Shown: piece after piece, positions 8,838 to 17,513 of the stretch
Layout of the letters: the number at the start of each line of letters is the position of its first letter
Numbering within the stretch: the stretch's first letter is position 1
Assembly: GCA_944363915.1 (NCBI GenBank)
Contig: CALVVR010000001.1
Location: 1-63,292 of the forward strand
Reading direction: 5' to 3'
From: an uncultured Bacilli bacterium
GTDB taxonomy: Bacteria; Bacillota_I; Bacilli_A; RF39; UBA660
Length of the DNA stretch: 63,292 nt
Notes under the pieces: generated by a model
What the model was told of the DNA's origin: nothing
The model's input: the letters and a program-made list of their open reading frames with translations, nothing else
The model's database searches: none
Program-made: the position numbers and the translations under genes

Positions 8838-11800
8838 ATGAGAAAAAATAAGCTTCTTTTATGCTTGTCAATTATAGTGATAGTTTTTTTTGGCGTAATT
8901 ACTGTTTATGCGATAGATCCTGATGGGGACTATCAAGGTGGGGCATTAGATACTTCTGAAAGTGGTAGTGGAACGACACTTTATCCATATCCTTATTTTG
9001 ATGGCATAAGAATATCTTTTGTTAAAAGTAATGGTGAACAAATAGTTAGTCGTAATTATATTGATGATGTACAATATAATAATAATTTTAATACTGTGGT
9101 TAAAACTATCTCTCGGGCTTGTAGCCATCCGGCTTATTCTAATGGATATTGTCCGTTTTCTTGGAATGTCGGTACTTCAATTGGTAGTGCTGCAAGACCA
9201 ATAAGTGAATTACAGGCAATGTTTAACAATGTGACTTTAGATAACGGACAATCATATAGTTTTCCAGTTAATGTATCTTCTAAAGTAGCAAGTAACTCAT
9301 ATACAGGTATATTTGATGGCCTATATAGAGAAAATAATTCTTCTCTTTCCGAAGAAGAATATAGTAATTTTATATATAAATTATTTAATAATATGTTGCG
9401 TAATTTAGGCGCTGATACAACTGTGGATGATTATGTGGTGAAAGGAGAAATAAATCAATTATACGATCTTTTTATTGTTTTTGAACCAATTACTATTGTG
9501 AGAATGAATCGTCAACATTTTATGGGAACAGCTTACGAATTGGGACGTGAAGCTAGAAGTCAAAGTGCTGGTGGATGGGTAAATTCAGAAACGGGTGAAC
9601 GTCCATGTAAAGGAAGTAGTGAAGGAGCTTTATGTGATTTATCATCTATTCTTAAAAAGTTGATTCCATGTAAATCTTATCTAAATGGTAGTATTATTGA
9701 CAGTATGAAAGAAAAGCAGTCAACAATTTTAATTCAAAACTTTCCTGATGGTTATTATTTCAATAATATTAAAATTGATTATAATAATTCGCAAAAACTT
9801 TGTTCTTCTAGTAGTAAGTATTTATCAGCTGATTCGGTTTCTGGTAATTATGGAGTTGGAATTGGTGTTCTTTGGCTAAGCGATGTTTACAATGGCGATG
9901 ATATGAATTGTGATGCTGTTAAACAAAATATAGGTTGGAATGATAGTATGACCAGTTCTTTTGAAAATGCTTATGCAAGTGGCGGCGTTCAAGGAATATA
10001 TAATTTATATCCGAGTGGCTATATTAATTATACTGATGGTTCTGGAAATGTTGATGTAAAATGGTTTGTCAATCAATGTACTTGTTATGGTATGTATGAG
10101 TATTATGCCAATACTATTATGAATGGTTACAAAACTCAAAATCAACAAGTAATTGATAATTTAACCAATAAATTTGGTTCATCTAATTGGTATATTGATC
10201 CCCACTTATATTTAACGACAGGAACGGTAATCGGCAATAAATTTCAAGCAGGTTTATTTAATTTTTTTAATGATACATGGCAAGCTTATTCAGATGCTAA
10301 TGGTTTAAAATGGACGCCAATTACTAAAGAAACGTATGATTGGTTACAATGTGGTACACAAGATTATTGGTGTGAAGAATTTGAAACTTGGTATGAAGAT
10401 ATACGTTCAACTTACTCTGATGTAAGAAATTATCCGACTATTGAGTCTATTAAAAATAATCCAGATCGAATACTTAATATAAGAACCTATCGAGAACGTT
10501 TCCAAACGATGCTTGATGCTTATAATGTTAATTTTTATCCTGCTAATGGATTTAACTGGACTTTAGAAGATGATGATAGTGGTCATAATTATTCTTACAT
10601 TAAACATTGTATCAATCAAGGTAATGCAAGTTGTCAAACAGTTATTGATTTTTATGCTCAAAATGGGAAAGATTTAACCAATATGTCTTGTGATTCAGTT
10701 AGAAATTTTGACTTTTCTCAATATAACAATAGCAATAATAATCCTAATGATGACATAAATGGAGATTGGTTTGTTTCTAATTGTAAAACTTGTGATCAAT
10801 CATCTGCTTATAATTGTACACCTAATTATGATTTAGGAACTTGTACAACTGGTGATGATATTATTTATACTGATTCATCTAATGGAGTTATTAGTGATGA
10901 TTATTGGAATAACTGTGTTTTTAACGATAATGGTGATTACGATATAAATCCTCATAAAGTTTCTGATAAAAATAGTAGTTTAACTTATTATGATGATGAA
11001 CTAAGTAATAAATATTGTGAAATTTATTGTATTGAAGATTTAAATGCTTCTTTAGTTTCACCTAATATTAGTGTTGAAGCGGGGACAAGATTTGCTCTTG
11101 GTTATAGTAGCGTTAATGGTAGTCGTACTTGTAAAACCAAAACTGTTGATTGGGATGGATTTTTGGATGATTTAAAAGAAGTTACTCAGGAAATTGTCGA
11201 TAATTATGCACAAATGAAAGCTGAAGAAAAAGCGAATGACGTAGAATGGGAAAGTCGTGAAAGTTGTTCGACTTGTTGTAAATCTTATGAACAATGTGAT
11301 AGTGTGGAAGACGAAAATTGTCGTGGTGAATGTAATAATTGTGGTACATTATATACACCAGAAAAAAGTCAAGTATGTTTTGATATAAAAGTTAGTACAG
11401 ATTTAGGAACGTTTATTGGTCATAAGTGCGTACCTTTGAGAAGCAATTGTACTGGCCCTACAAAATATAGTGCATCTTCAAACGCATATTTATCTTCAAT
11501 AAAAAAAGCTCAAGGTTATGTTGAGCAAATGAAATCTTGTTCTGAATGGGAAGATGATGAAGTATATACAGTTGATCCACAAGCGACAGTAATTTATAGT
11601 GATGGTATCAATTATGACTATCGAGATAAATTAGATAGTAATACAACTTATTCAATTGAAGATAAATCTGATTGTGTTGGTGATAAAGTAAACATTATAA
11701 CATCTTGTAGTGATGACAGTTGTACTGTGACTTCAATTCCAGTGAATAATTGTAGTGGTGATGGACATTATGCAATGATGACAAGAACAGCTAAAACTAG

Positions 11801-12638
11801 ATTTACTTTAAAGCCAGATGTTTTTAGATATGTTTTAAAATCTAATCACTTATCAATTCATCCAAATGAATTGGTTAATTATGATATTCCTAATTTTACG
11901 ACAAATTATATTGATATTGGTTTTCCTAATTTTCCAGTTTCATTTTCAGCTCCAGATGGAGTATATGGAACTAAACACGGAAAAGGTAAATTTGATATTG
12001 AATATAGTAATTTAGGTAATGTAAAAAGTGGAACAACAATGGTTGATACTATCTTAAGTGGTAGTAATATATCAGATAGTGATGATGAAGAATTTGGAAA
12101 ATGGATTTGTGAATATACCGTTTATTCTGATTTATTACCAGAAGATGGTCCAAATGATGGTGACAATAACGTAGGACCTGGAGATATAGATTTGATTTAT
12201 CGTCCAATTGATTTATATAATCCATTTCCAGATATCGATGCAAGCAGACGGGATACAGGAGCCAATTGGTGTGATCAAAGTGGTGATTGTAGTTATGATA
12301 ATTTGAGTGTTCAAGCTTATATTTACAATAATCGAGGTGTTGCATATGATGAAGTATATGAACAAGAACCAATGTATACATTTGTATTAAATCCAGCAAT
12401 TATAAAAGAAATAAGAGAGTATAATGACGAAAATTCTTATTCTTCATATACCGGTAGTTTAGGCACTACTCAATATTTCGATTATAAATGTGAAGAAGGT
12501 ACTGGTAGGGGATGTATAAGTGAATATTTATCATATTTAATTGATATCACTGATGCTAAAAACAAACCTGGAACATGTGTTGATGATAAATTCCGCAATT
12601 CTAGTGATTCAAATAGTTTTTATGGATGTAGATATTAA
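8838..12638 (+). CDS. Large secreted cysteine-rich protein (1266 aa), function unknown
   Basis: There is an N-terminal signal/TM segment (LLLCLSIIVIVFFGVITVYA|IDP). I count about 45 Cys by hand, often clustered (CSTCCKSYEQCDSVEDENCRGECNNCG). No anchor motif or known catalytic motif was recognised. Confidence 0.75.
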   Translation: MRKNKLLLCLSIIVIVFFGVITVYAIDPDGDYQGGALDTSESGSGTTLYPYPYFDGIRISFVKSNGEQIVSRNYIDDVQYNNNFNTVVKTISRACSHPAYSNGYCPFSWNVGTSIGSAARPISELQAMFNNVTLDNGQSYSFPVNVSSKVASNSYTGIFDGLYRENNSSLSEEEYSNFIYKLFNNMLRNLGADTTVDDYVVKGEINQLYDLFIVFEPITIVRMNRQHFMGTAYELGREARSQSAGGWVNSETGERPCKGSSEGALCDLSSILKKLIPCKSYLNGSIIDSMKEKQSTILIQNFPDGYYFNNIKIDYNNSQKLCSSSSKYLSADSVSGNYGVGIGVLWLSDVYNGDDMNCDAVKQNIGWNDSMTSSFENAYASGGVQGIYNLYPSGYINYTDGSGNVDVKWFVNQCTCYGMYEYYANTIMNGYKTQNQQVIDNLTNKFGSSNWYIDPHLYLTTGTVIGNKFQAGLFNFFNDTWQAYSDANGLKWTPITKETYDWLQCGTQDYWCEEFETWYEDIRSTYSDVRNYPTIESIKNNPDRILNIRTYRERFQTMLDAYNVNFYPANGFNWTLEDDDSGHNYSYIKHCINQGNASCQTVIDFYAQNGKDLTNMSCDSVRNFDFSQYNNSNNNPNDDINGDWFVSNCKTCDQSSAYNCTPNYDLGTCTTGDDIIYTDSSNGVISDDYWNNCVFNDNGDYDINPHKVSDKNSSLTYYDDELSNKYCEIYCIEDLNASLVSPNISVEAGTRFALGYSSVNGSRTCKTKTVDWDGFLDDLKEVTQEIVDNYAQMKAEEKANDVEWESRESCSTCCKSYEQCDSVEDENCRGECNNCGTLYTPEKSQVCFDIKVSTDLGTFIGHKCVPLRSNCTGPTKYSASSNAYLSSIKKAQGYVEQMKSCSEWEDDEVYTVDPQATVIYSDGINYDYRDKLDSNTTYSIEDKSDCVGDKVNIITSCSDDSCTVTSIPVNNCSGDGHYAMMTRTAKTRFTLKPDVFRYVLKSNHLSIHPNELVNYDIPNFTTNYIDIGFPNFPVSFSAPDGVYGTKHGKGKFDIEYSNLGNVKSGTTMVDTILSGSNISDSDDEEFGKWICEYTVYSDLLPEDGPNDGDNNVGPGDIDLIYRPIDLYNPFPDIDASRRDTGANWCDQSGDCSYDNLSVQAYIYNNRGVAYDEVYEQEPMYTFVLNPAIIKEIREYNDENSYSSYTGSLGTTQYFDYKCEEGTGRGCISEYLSYLIDITDAKNKPGTCVDDKFRNSSDSNSFYGCRY

Positions 12639-12670
12639 TTGGTACTTTGTTAGGTAATGTTAGTGAAATC

Positions 12671-12727
12671 AAAAACTAGTGATAATAATAAATTGATAAG
12701 GTCAAATTGTATATTTGATCTTTTTTT
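12671..12727 (+). repeat. Copy B of the conserved 3'-flank element, acting as terminator of the large gene
   Basis: Same sequence blocks as 1..60. The hairpin GGTCAAAT/ATTTGATC (12700..12720) is followed by T7. Confidence 0.65.
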
Positions 12728-12823
12728 ATTAATAAATATTCAGTATTTTTTTGACTAAATTAAGCTTGACTAAGCATCAAAAATAAGATAAAATTTAAAT
12801 AGTTAAAATAGAGGTGTAGAGAA

Positions 12824-13199
12824 ATGAAAAAATAGCAAAAATAGTTGGCATTTACTAAATAATGTTTTTACTTTAATTGAATTATTGGGCGTATTGATAA
12901 TACTAGCAGTAATTGCCTTAATAACATTTCTCATCATAGATAATACCATAAAAAATAGTCGGGAAAAATCATTAGAAAGAACAATATTGGTTATCCAACT
13001 GAAAAACAACTCCTTTATCTAAATAAAATTCAAAGTAAGGGCTTTTTAGAAACACTAATTGTAAATCCCTGTGACTAATGAGGAATTATTTGGTTGTGTT
13101 TGGTATTATTGGAAAACAAATTATAACCAATATATATTTGAATATGATAGTGAATGTGTAGATATGGATAATGAATCAGTAAAGTTTAATAAAATGTAA
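12824..13199 (+). pseudogene. Decayed type IV pilin-like (prepilin N-terminal methylation domain) gene
   Basis: An RBS plus ATGAAAAAATAG gives a stop at codon 4. The +1 frame reads KNSKNSWHLLNNVFTLIELLGVLIILAVIALITF. Later frames read GYPTEKQLLYLNKIQSKGFLETLIVNPCD* and NEELFGCVWYYWKTNYNQYIFEYDSECV. These parallel the intact pilin at 32738 (LTLQELKAAGFVEQDITNPLTNELFS). At least 3 frame disruptions are present. Confidence 0.7.
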
Positions 13200-13533
13200 G
13201 TTATGAAATGAGTAGTGGAAGTATTAGTTGTACCTCAACTAATATAAGTAACTTGGAAGTTGATACGTAATTTGTAAATAGATAATAGTAACGAAAAAAA
13301 TTGGAATTCTGTTAATAATTTTACTTTTACAATATATTTGAGTAATAATACTTATAACATGAATTTTACAATTAAGAACAAGCGATGTTCAGTAACTTAT
13401 GCAATAGTAGTTAACAATTCTAATATTATGCAAAATGTTAAATGTTTTATTTGGGTACGGCTGTGAATTAGTATTTGTTCGTTGTAAAATTATTATTTAT
13501 TTCATATAAAAGCACTAATTTGCCTATATTTTA

Positions 13534-13562
13534 TTGACATTAATTTAAAGTTATGCTAATAT
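13534..13562 (+). promoter_or_regulatory. Sigma-A-like promoter upstream of secE-nusG
   Basis: TTGACA, a 17-nt spacer, then TAATAT. Confidence 0.55.
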
Positions 13563-13625
13563 TTATTTAGACACGAAAAAGTGTTTTTATTTTAGAAAAA
13601 AATCATATAATTAAAGAGGTGGCTT

Positions 13626-13901
13626 ATGAATAAAAAAGAAGTTACAAAAGAAAAAGATGTAAAAGAAAAAGTAACTAAAAAAATCGAAAAAAAAGAAACT
13701 AAAAAGAAAGAAAAAAGTAAAAAAGTTAAGAATGAATCATTTTTTAAATCAGTTAGAAATGAAATGGATAAAGTTCGTTGGCCTTTAAAAAAAGAAATGG
13801 TTAAATATTCAATTGCAACATTATCATTTATTATTTTCTTTGCGTTATTCTTTACTTTAGGCGATTTAATTATCGCTGGTGTTAAGTTGTTGGTGAGATA
13901 A
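13626..13901 (+). CDS. secE: Preprotein translocase subunit SecE
   Basis: A Lys-rich N-terminal region is followed by FFKSVRNEMDKVRWP and a single C-terminal TM helix. The gene lies directly upstream of nusG. Confidence 0.9.
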   Translation: MNKKEVTKEKDVKEKVTKKIEKKETKKKEKSKKVKNESFFKSVRNEMDKVRWPLKKEMVKYSIATLSFIIFFALFFTLGDLIIAGVKLLVR

Positions 13902-14434
13902 TGGAAAAAGAATGGTACGTAGTTAACACTTATTCAGGGCATGAAAGTAAGGTTAAAGAAAAACTAGAGATGCGTGCTTCTAGTATGGGACTAGAAGATT
14001 ATATCTTTAGAGTAGTTGTTCCTGAACAAACAGAAGTTGAATATAAAGATGGTGTCAAAAAAGAAAAAGTAAAGAAAATGTTTCCAGGATATATATTAGT
14101 TGAAATGATCATGACTGATGAAGCTTGGTTTGTGGTTAGAAACACACCAGGTGTAACTGGATTTATCGGCAGTAGTGGTAAAGGAGCAAAACCATTTCCA
14201 TTAACTCCAGCAGAAGTTGATAAAATATTAGGTTCAATGGGAATGAGTAGATTAGATATTGCTAACGAATTAAAAGTTGGTGACCAAGTTAAGGTAATCG
14301 AAGGACCATTTGCTAATATGTATGGTAAAGTTACAAGTATCAACTTAGAAAAACAACAATTAGAAGTAGCTTTAGATTTATTTGGTCAAGAAACTAACGT
14401 CGAATTAGAATTAACCCAAATTTCTAAAGCATAA
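13901..14434 (+). CDS. nusG: Transcription termination/antitermination factor NusG
   Basis: WYVVNTYSGHE, FPGYILVEM and a KOW-like GDQVKVIEGPF are present. The ATG overlaps the secE stop. Confidence 0.95.
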   Translation: MEKEWYVVNTYSGHESKVKEKLEMRASSMGLEDYIFRVVVPEQTEVEYKDGVKKEKVKKMFPGYILVEMIMTDEAWFVVRNTPGVTGFIGSSGKGAKPFPLTPAEVDKILGSMGMSRLDIANELKVGDQVKVIEGPFANMYGKVTSINLEKQQLEVALDLFGQETNVELELTQISKA

Positions 14435-14438
14435 AATA

Positions 14439-14467
14439 TTTACAAATGTAAAAAAATGTGTTATTAT
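14439..14467 (+). promoter_or_regulatory. Candidate promoter for rplK-rplA
   Basis: TTTACA, a 17-nt spacer, then TATTAT. It is followed by a ~100-nt structured leader. Confidence 0.45.
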
Positions 14468-14566
14468 GATTAGGCTATATATTTTATTATATAGATGTGG
14501 GAGATTGATTTTAAGCGGATGATCATTATAACCACAACGCGAAAAATAAAATTAGGAGGTGTTTTC

Positions 14567-14989
14567 GTGGCAAAGCAAGTAGCAAGTAAAGTTAAATTAC
14601 AAATTCAAGCAGGTAAAGCGACTCCAGCGCCACCAGTTGGTACTGTTTTAGGTCCAAAAGGAATTAACCTACAAGAATTTTGTACAAAATATAATGATGC
14701 AACTAAAGATAAAATGGGAGATGTTCTACCAGTTGAAATTACTATTTATGATGATAGAAGTTTCGATTTTGTAGTTAAAACTCCACCAGCTGCTTTCTTA
14801 ATCAAAAAGGCTGCTAAAGTAAAATCTGGTTCAGCTAAAGGAAGTAAGGAAATAGTTGGTTCACTAACTAAAGAACAAGTTAAAGAAATTGCTGAAACTA
14901 AATTACCAGATTTAAATGCTAATACTTTAGAAGATGCTATTAAAATCATCGAAGGTACAGCTGTAAATATGGGAATTGAAATTAAATAA
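14567..14989 (+). CDS. rplK: 50S ribosomal protein L11
   Basis: A GTG start follows the RBS AGGAGGTG. The protein begins [32 protein letters not shown]. The track start at 14495 is an upstream extension. Confidence 0.95.
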   Translation: MAKQVASKVKLQIQAGKATPAPPVGTVLGPKGINLQEFCTKYNDATKDKMGDVLPVEITIYDDRSFDFVVKTPPAAFLIKKAAKVKSGSAKGSKEIVGSLTKEQVKEIAETKLPDLNANTLEDAIKIIEGTAVNMGIEIK

Positions 14990-15046
14990 CATAGATTAAT
15001 TCTATGTGGAAGGAAAATATCCGCTAGACCACATAAGGAGGTAAAA

Positions 15047-15742
15047 ATGAAAAAAGGTAAAAAATACGTTGAGGTAGCAAAATTAGTAGAAAAAAATAAA
15101 TTATATACTAAAGAAGAAGCTATTAGTTTAGTTAAAAAAACATCAACAACTAAATTTGATGCTTCAGTTGAATTAGCTATGAATTTAAATTTGGATACTA
15201 AAAAGGCTGATCAACAATTAAGAGGTACAATTTGTTTACCAAATGGTACAGGTAAAACAAAAAAAATCTTAGTTATTGCTAAAGGACCAAAAGCTCTAGA
15301 AGCAAAACAAGCTGGTGCTGATTATGTTGGGGATACTGATTATTTGGAAAAAATCGAAAAAGAAAATTGGTTTGATTTTGATGTATTAATAGCTACTCCA
15401 GATATGATGCCACAATTAGGTAAATTAGGTAAAGTATTAGGTCCAAAAGGTTTAATGCCAAATCCTAAAACCGGAACAGTAACTATGGATATTAGTAAAG
15501 CAGTTGCCGAAGTAAAACAAGGACGTATCGAATATCGTACTGATTCATATGGTAACGTTCATGTAATAATCGGTAAAGTAAGCTTTGACTCTAAACAATT
15601 ACTTGAAAATTTAGAAGCCTTTGTTTCATTAATTTTAAAAACTAAACCATCAGTTGTTAAGGGGACTTATGTTAAAAATATAAGTATCGCTACAACGATG
15701 GGACCTGGTATTAAAATTGATGTAAATTCTTTTGACAAGTAA
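15047..15742 (+). CDS. rplA: 50S ribosomal protein L1
   Basis: Contains [15 protein letters not shown] and [23 protein letters not shown]. Confidence 0.95.
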   Translation: MKKGKKYVEVAKLVEKNKLYTKEEAISLVKKTSTTKFDASVELAMNLNLDTKKADQQLRGTICLPNGTGKTKKILVIAKGPKALEAKQAGADYVGDTDYLEKIEKENWFDFDVLIATPDMMPQLGKLGKVLGPKGLMPNPKTGTVTMDISKAVAEVKQGRIEYRTDSYGNVHVIIGKVSFDSKQLLENLEAFVSLILKTKPSVVKGTYVKNISIATTMGPGIKIDVNSFDK

Positions 15743-15766
15743 TAAATAGTATGTTATAATTAATTT

Positions 15767-15893
15767 GTTGTGTGAAGTACCGTAGACAGTAGGTGTCAGT
15801 TTGACTTAATTTCCTACCGAGGACAGAAGAAAGTTTTCTAATGCTCTATACGGTAAGTATGGAGCATTTTACGGTATATTATAATTCAAGGAG
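15767..15893 (+). promoter_or_regulatory. Ribosomal protein L10 leader (autoregulatory 5' UTR of rplJ-rplL)
   Basis: It follows an extended -10 (TGTTATAAT, 15752..15760). Paired segments ACCGTAGACAGTAGGTG...CCTACCGAGGAC and AATGCTC...GAGCATT are present. Position and look match the Firmicutes L10 leader as I remember it. No covariance model was run. Confidence 0.55.
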
Positions 15894-15900
15894 GTGCGTG

Positions 15901-16392
15901 ATGGCAAATCAAAAAATAATAGCTAAAAAGCAAGAAACAATTGAAGAAATAACTAATAAAGTTAAAGAATCTGCTTCAATGGTTTTATTTGAATATCATG
16001 GCTTAACAGCTAATGAAACAATTGAACTAAGAAGAAAACTAAGAGAAACTGGTTCAAGTTATAAAGTATACAAAAATACTTTATTAAAAAGAGCTTTAGA
16101 TAGTTTAAATATCGATATGGATAGTGAATTAAATGGACCTAAAGCTATTGCTTTTGGTACTGACGCTGTTGCTCCAATTAAAGTGTTAAGTGACTTTGCA
16201 AAAAATCATGAAGCTTTAGTTATGAAGATTGGTTATGTCGATGGAGAAGTAGCTGATGAACATATGTTAAAACAATTAGCAAGTATTCCATCAAGAGAAG
16301 GTTTACTTACTATGTTAGCATCTGGATTAATGGGTGTTGTAAAAGATTTATCAATTTGCTTAGATTTATATAGCAAAGATTTAGAAAAATAG
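15901..16392 (+). CDS. rplJ: 50S ribosomal protein L10
   Basis: The ATG at 15901 follows the RBS AAGGAGG. The protein begins MANQKIIAKKQETIEEI and contains YHGLTANE. Confidence 0.95.
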   Translation: MANQKIIAKKQETIEEITNKVKESASMVLFEYHGLTANETIELRRKLRETGSSYKVYKNTLLKRALDSLNIDMDSELNGPKAIAFGTDAVAPIKVLSDFAKNHEALVMKIGYVDGEVADEHMLKQLASIPSREGLLTMLASGLMGVVKDLSICLDLYSKDLEK

Positions 16393-16408
16393 AAAGGAAT
16401 GATTATAA

Positions 16409-16777
16409 ATGGCAAAATTTACAAAAGATGAATTTATTAGTGGATTAAAAGAAATGACTATTCTTGAAGTTAAAGAATTAGTTGATGCAATGAAGGAGGA
16501 ATTTGGTGTTGATCCATCAGCTGTAGCTGTTGCTGCTGGACCTGTAGCTGCTGCTCAAGACGAAGGACCATCAACTGTTACAGTAACATTAACATCTGCT
16601 GGACCTAACAAAATCGCTGTTATCAAATTAGTTCGTGATATCACTGGTTTAGGATTAAAAGAAGCTAAAGATTTAGCTGATAACGGTGGAGCTGTTAAAG
16701 AAAATATTGCTACAGATGAAGCTAATGAATTAAAAGCTAAGTTTGAAGAAGCTGGCGCAACTGTTGAATTAAAATAA
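16409..16777 (+). CDS. rplL: 50S ribosomal protein L7/L12
   Basis: An Ala-rich hinge (AVAAGPVAAA) and the C-terminal KLVRDITGLGLKEAKDLAD are present. Confidence 0.95.
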   Translation: MAKFTKDEFISGLKEMTILEVKELVDAMKEEFGVDPSAVAVAAGPVAAAQDEGPSTVTVTLTSAGPNKIAVIKLVRDITGLGLKEAKDLADNGGAVKENIATDEANELKAKFEEAGATVELK

Positions 16778-16790
16778 TTAATAAAATTAA

Positions 16791-16825
16791 CTTTAAGCCT
16801 GTACTAAATTAGTATGGGCTTAAAG
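16791..16825 (+). terminator. Stem-loop (partial terminator/attenuator) after rplL
   Basis: A 9-bp stem CTTTAAGCC/GGCTTAAAG has only a weak T tract, so read-through into the methyltransferase and rpoB is plausible. Confidence 0.4.
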
Positions 16826-16846
16826 CATTTAAGAAAGGAAGGGTTT

Positions 16847-17428
16847 ATGAGTTATTATTTTACTAATGATGAAAGCTTAAAAAGTGAGGTAAAAAAAATA
16901 AACGTTAAAATAAACAATCTTCCTTTTTCTTTTTATACGGATAATGGTGTTTTTTCAAAAAAAGGTTTAGATTTTGGAACAAGAACTTTACTAGAAAGTT
17001 TAACAAATATAAAAGGTAATGTTTTAGATATCGGCTGTGGCTATGGACCAATTGGTATTTATGTAGCTAAAACTTTTAAAACATCTGTCGACATGGTCGA
17101 TATTAATAAAAGAAGTTTAGATTTAAGTTTAAAAAATGCCAAATTAAATAATGCAATTGTTAATATATTTGAAAGTAATTTATACGAAAATGTTAATAAA
17201 AAGTATGATTTTATTATTACCAATCCACCGATTAGAGTAGGTAAAAAGATACTATATCAATTATTATTTGAAGCTAAAAAATATTTAAATAAAGATGGCG
17301 AATTATGGTTAGTTATCAATAAAGATCAGGGAGCTAAAAGTGTATTAAAAGATTTATCTTTAGAGTATAAAGTTATTGTTATTACGAAAAATAAAGGTTT
17401 TTTTGTAATTCGTGCTATAAATGATTGA
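16847..17428 (+). CDS. Class I SAM-dependent methyltransferase, RsmC/YbxB-like
   Basis: VLDIGCGYGPIG (SAM motif I) and ITNPPIRVGK (NPPxxxG) are present. It occupies the same rplL-rpoB intergenic position as Bacillus ybxB. Confidence 0.8.
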   Translation: MSYYFTNDESLKSEVKKINVKINNLPFSFYTDNGVFSKKGLDFGTRTLLESLTNIKGNVLDIGCGYGPIGIYVAKTFKTSVDMVDINKRSLDLSLKNAKLNNAIVNIFESNLYENVNKKYDFIITNPPIRVGKKILYQLLFEAKKYLNKDGELWLVINKDQGAKSVLKDLSLEYKVIVITKNKGFFVIRAIND

Positions 17429-17453
17429 CATGTTGATTATATTTTGATAAAAT
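17425..17453 (+). promoter_or_regulatory. Sigma-A-like promoter upstream of rpoB
   Basis: TTGACA, a 17-nt spacer, then TAAAAT. It overlaps the methyltransferase stop. Confidence 0.5.
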
Positions 17454-17513
17454 TATAAATTGGTGACATCTACTTTTGTTGCAACAAAATTAATAGTATA
17501 TAGGGGTGAAAGA

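Noticed and set aside
12803-13009. A 68-aa minus-strand ORF in the region after the giant gene.
   Set aside because: It is the antisense shadow of the plus-strand pilin remnant, whose FTLIELLGVLIILAVIALI helix is unmistakable.
13999-14343. A minus-strand 114-aa ORF inside nusG. Similar shadow ORFs in the track are 962..1168, 5512..5727, 8946..9128, 12049..12399, 14746..14949, 16233..16415, 20732..20914, 25427..25642, 27827..28054, 28340..28597, 29179..29367, 32296..32481, 34302..34484, 34889..35101, 34929..35123, 35108..35290, 38047..38343, 42369..42563, 42603..42854, 44895..45125, 45646..45939, 47459..47692, 47711..47899, 48686..48991 and 49043..49393.
   Set aside because: Each lies antisense within a gene that has strong family motifs. 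Their translations are low-complexity with no recognisable motifs or RBS. Long antisense frames are expected by chance opposite highly biased coding sequence.
14495-14566. Track-predicted N-terminal extensions of rplK (from 14495) and rplJ (15841..15900).
   Set aside because: The conserved protein N-termini start at the GTG at 14567 and the ATG at 15901, each with a strong RBS. The upstream parts are structured leader RNA (the L10 leader for rplJ).
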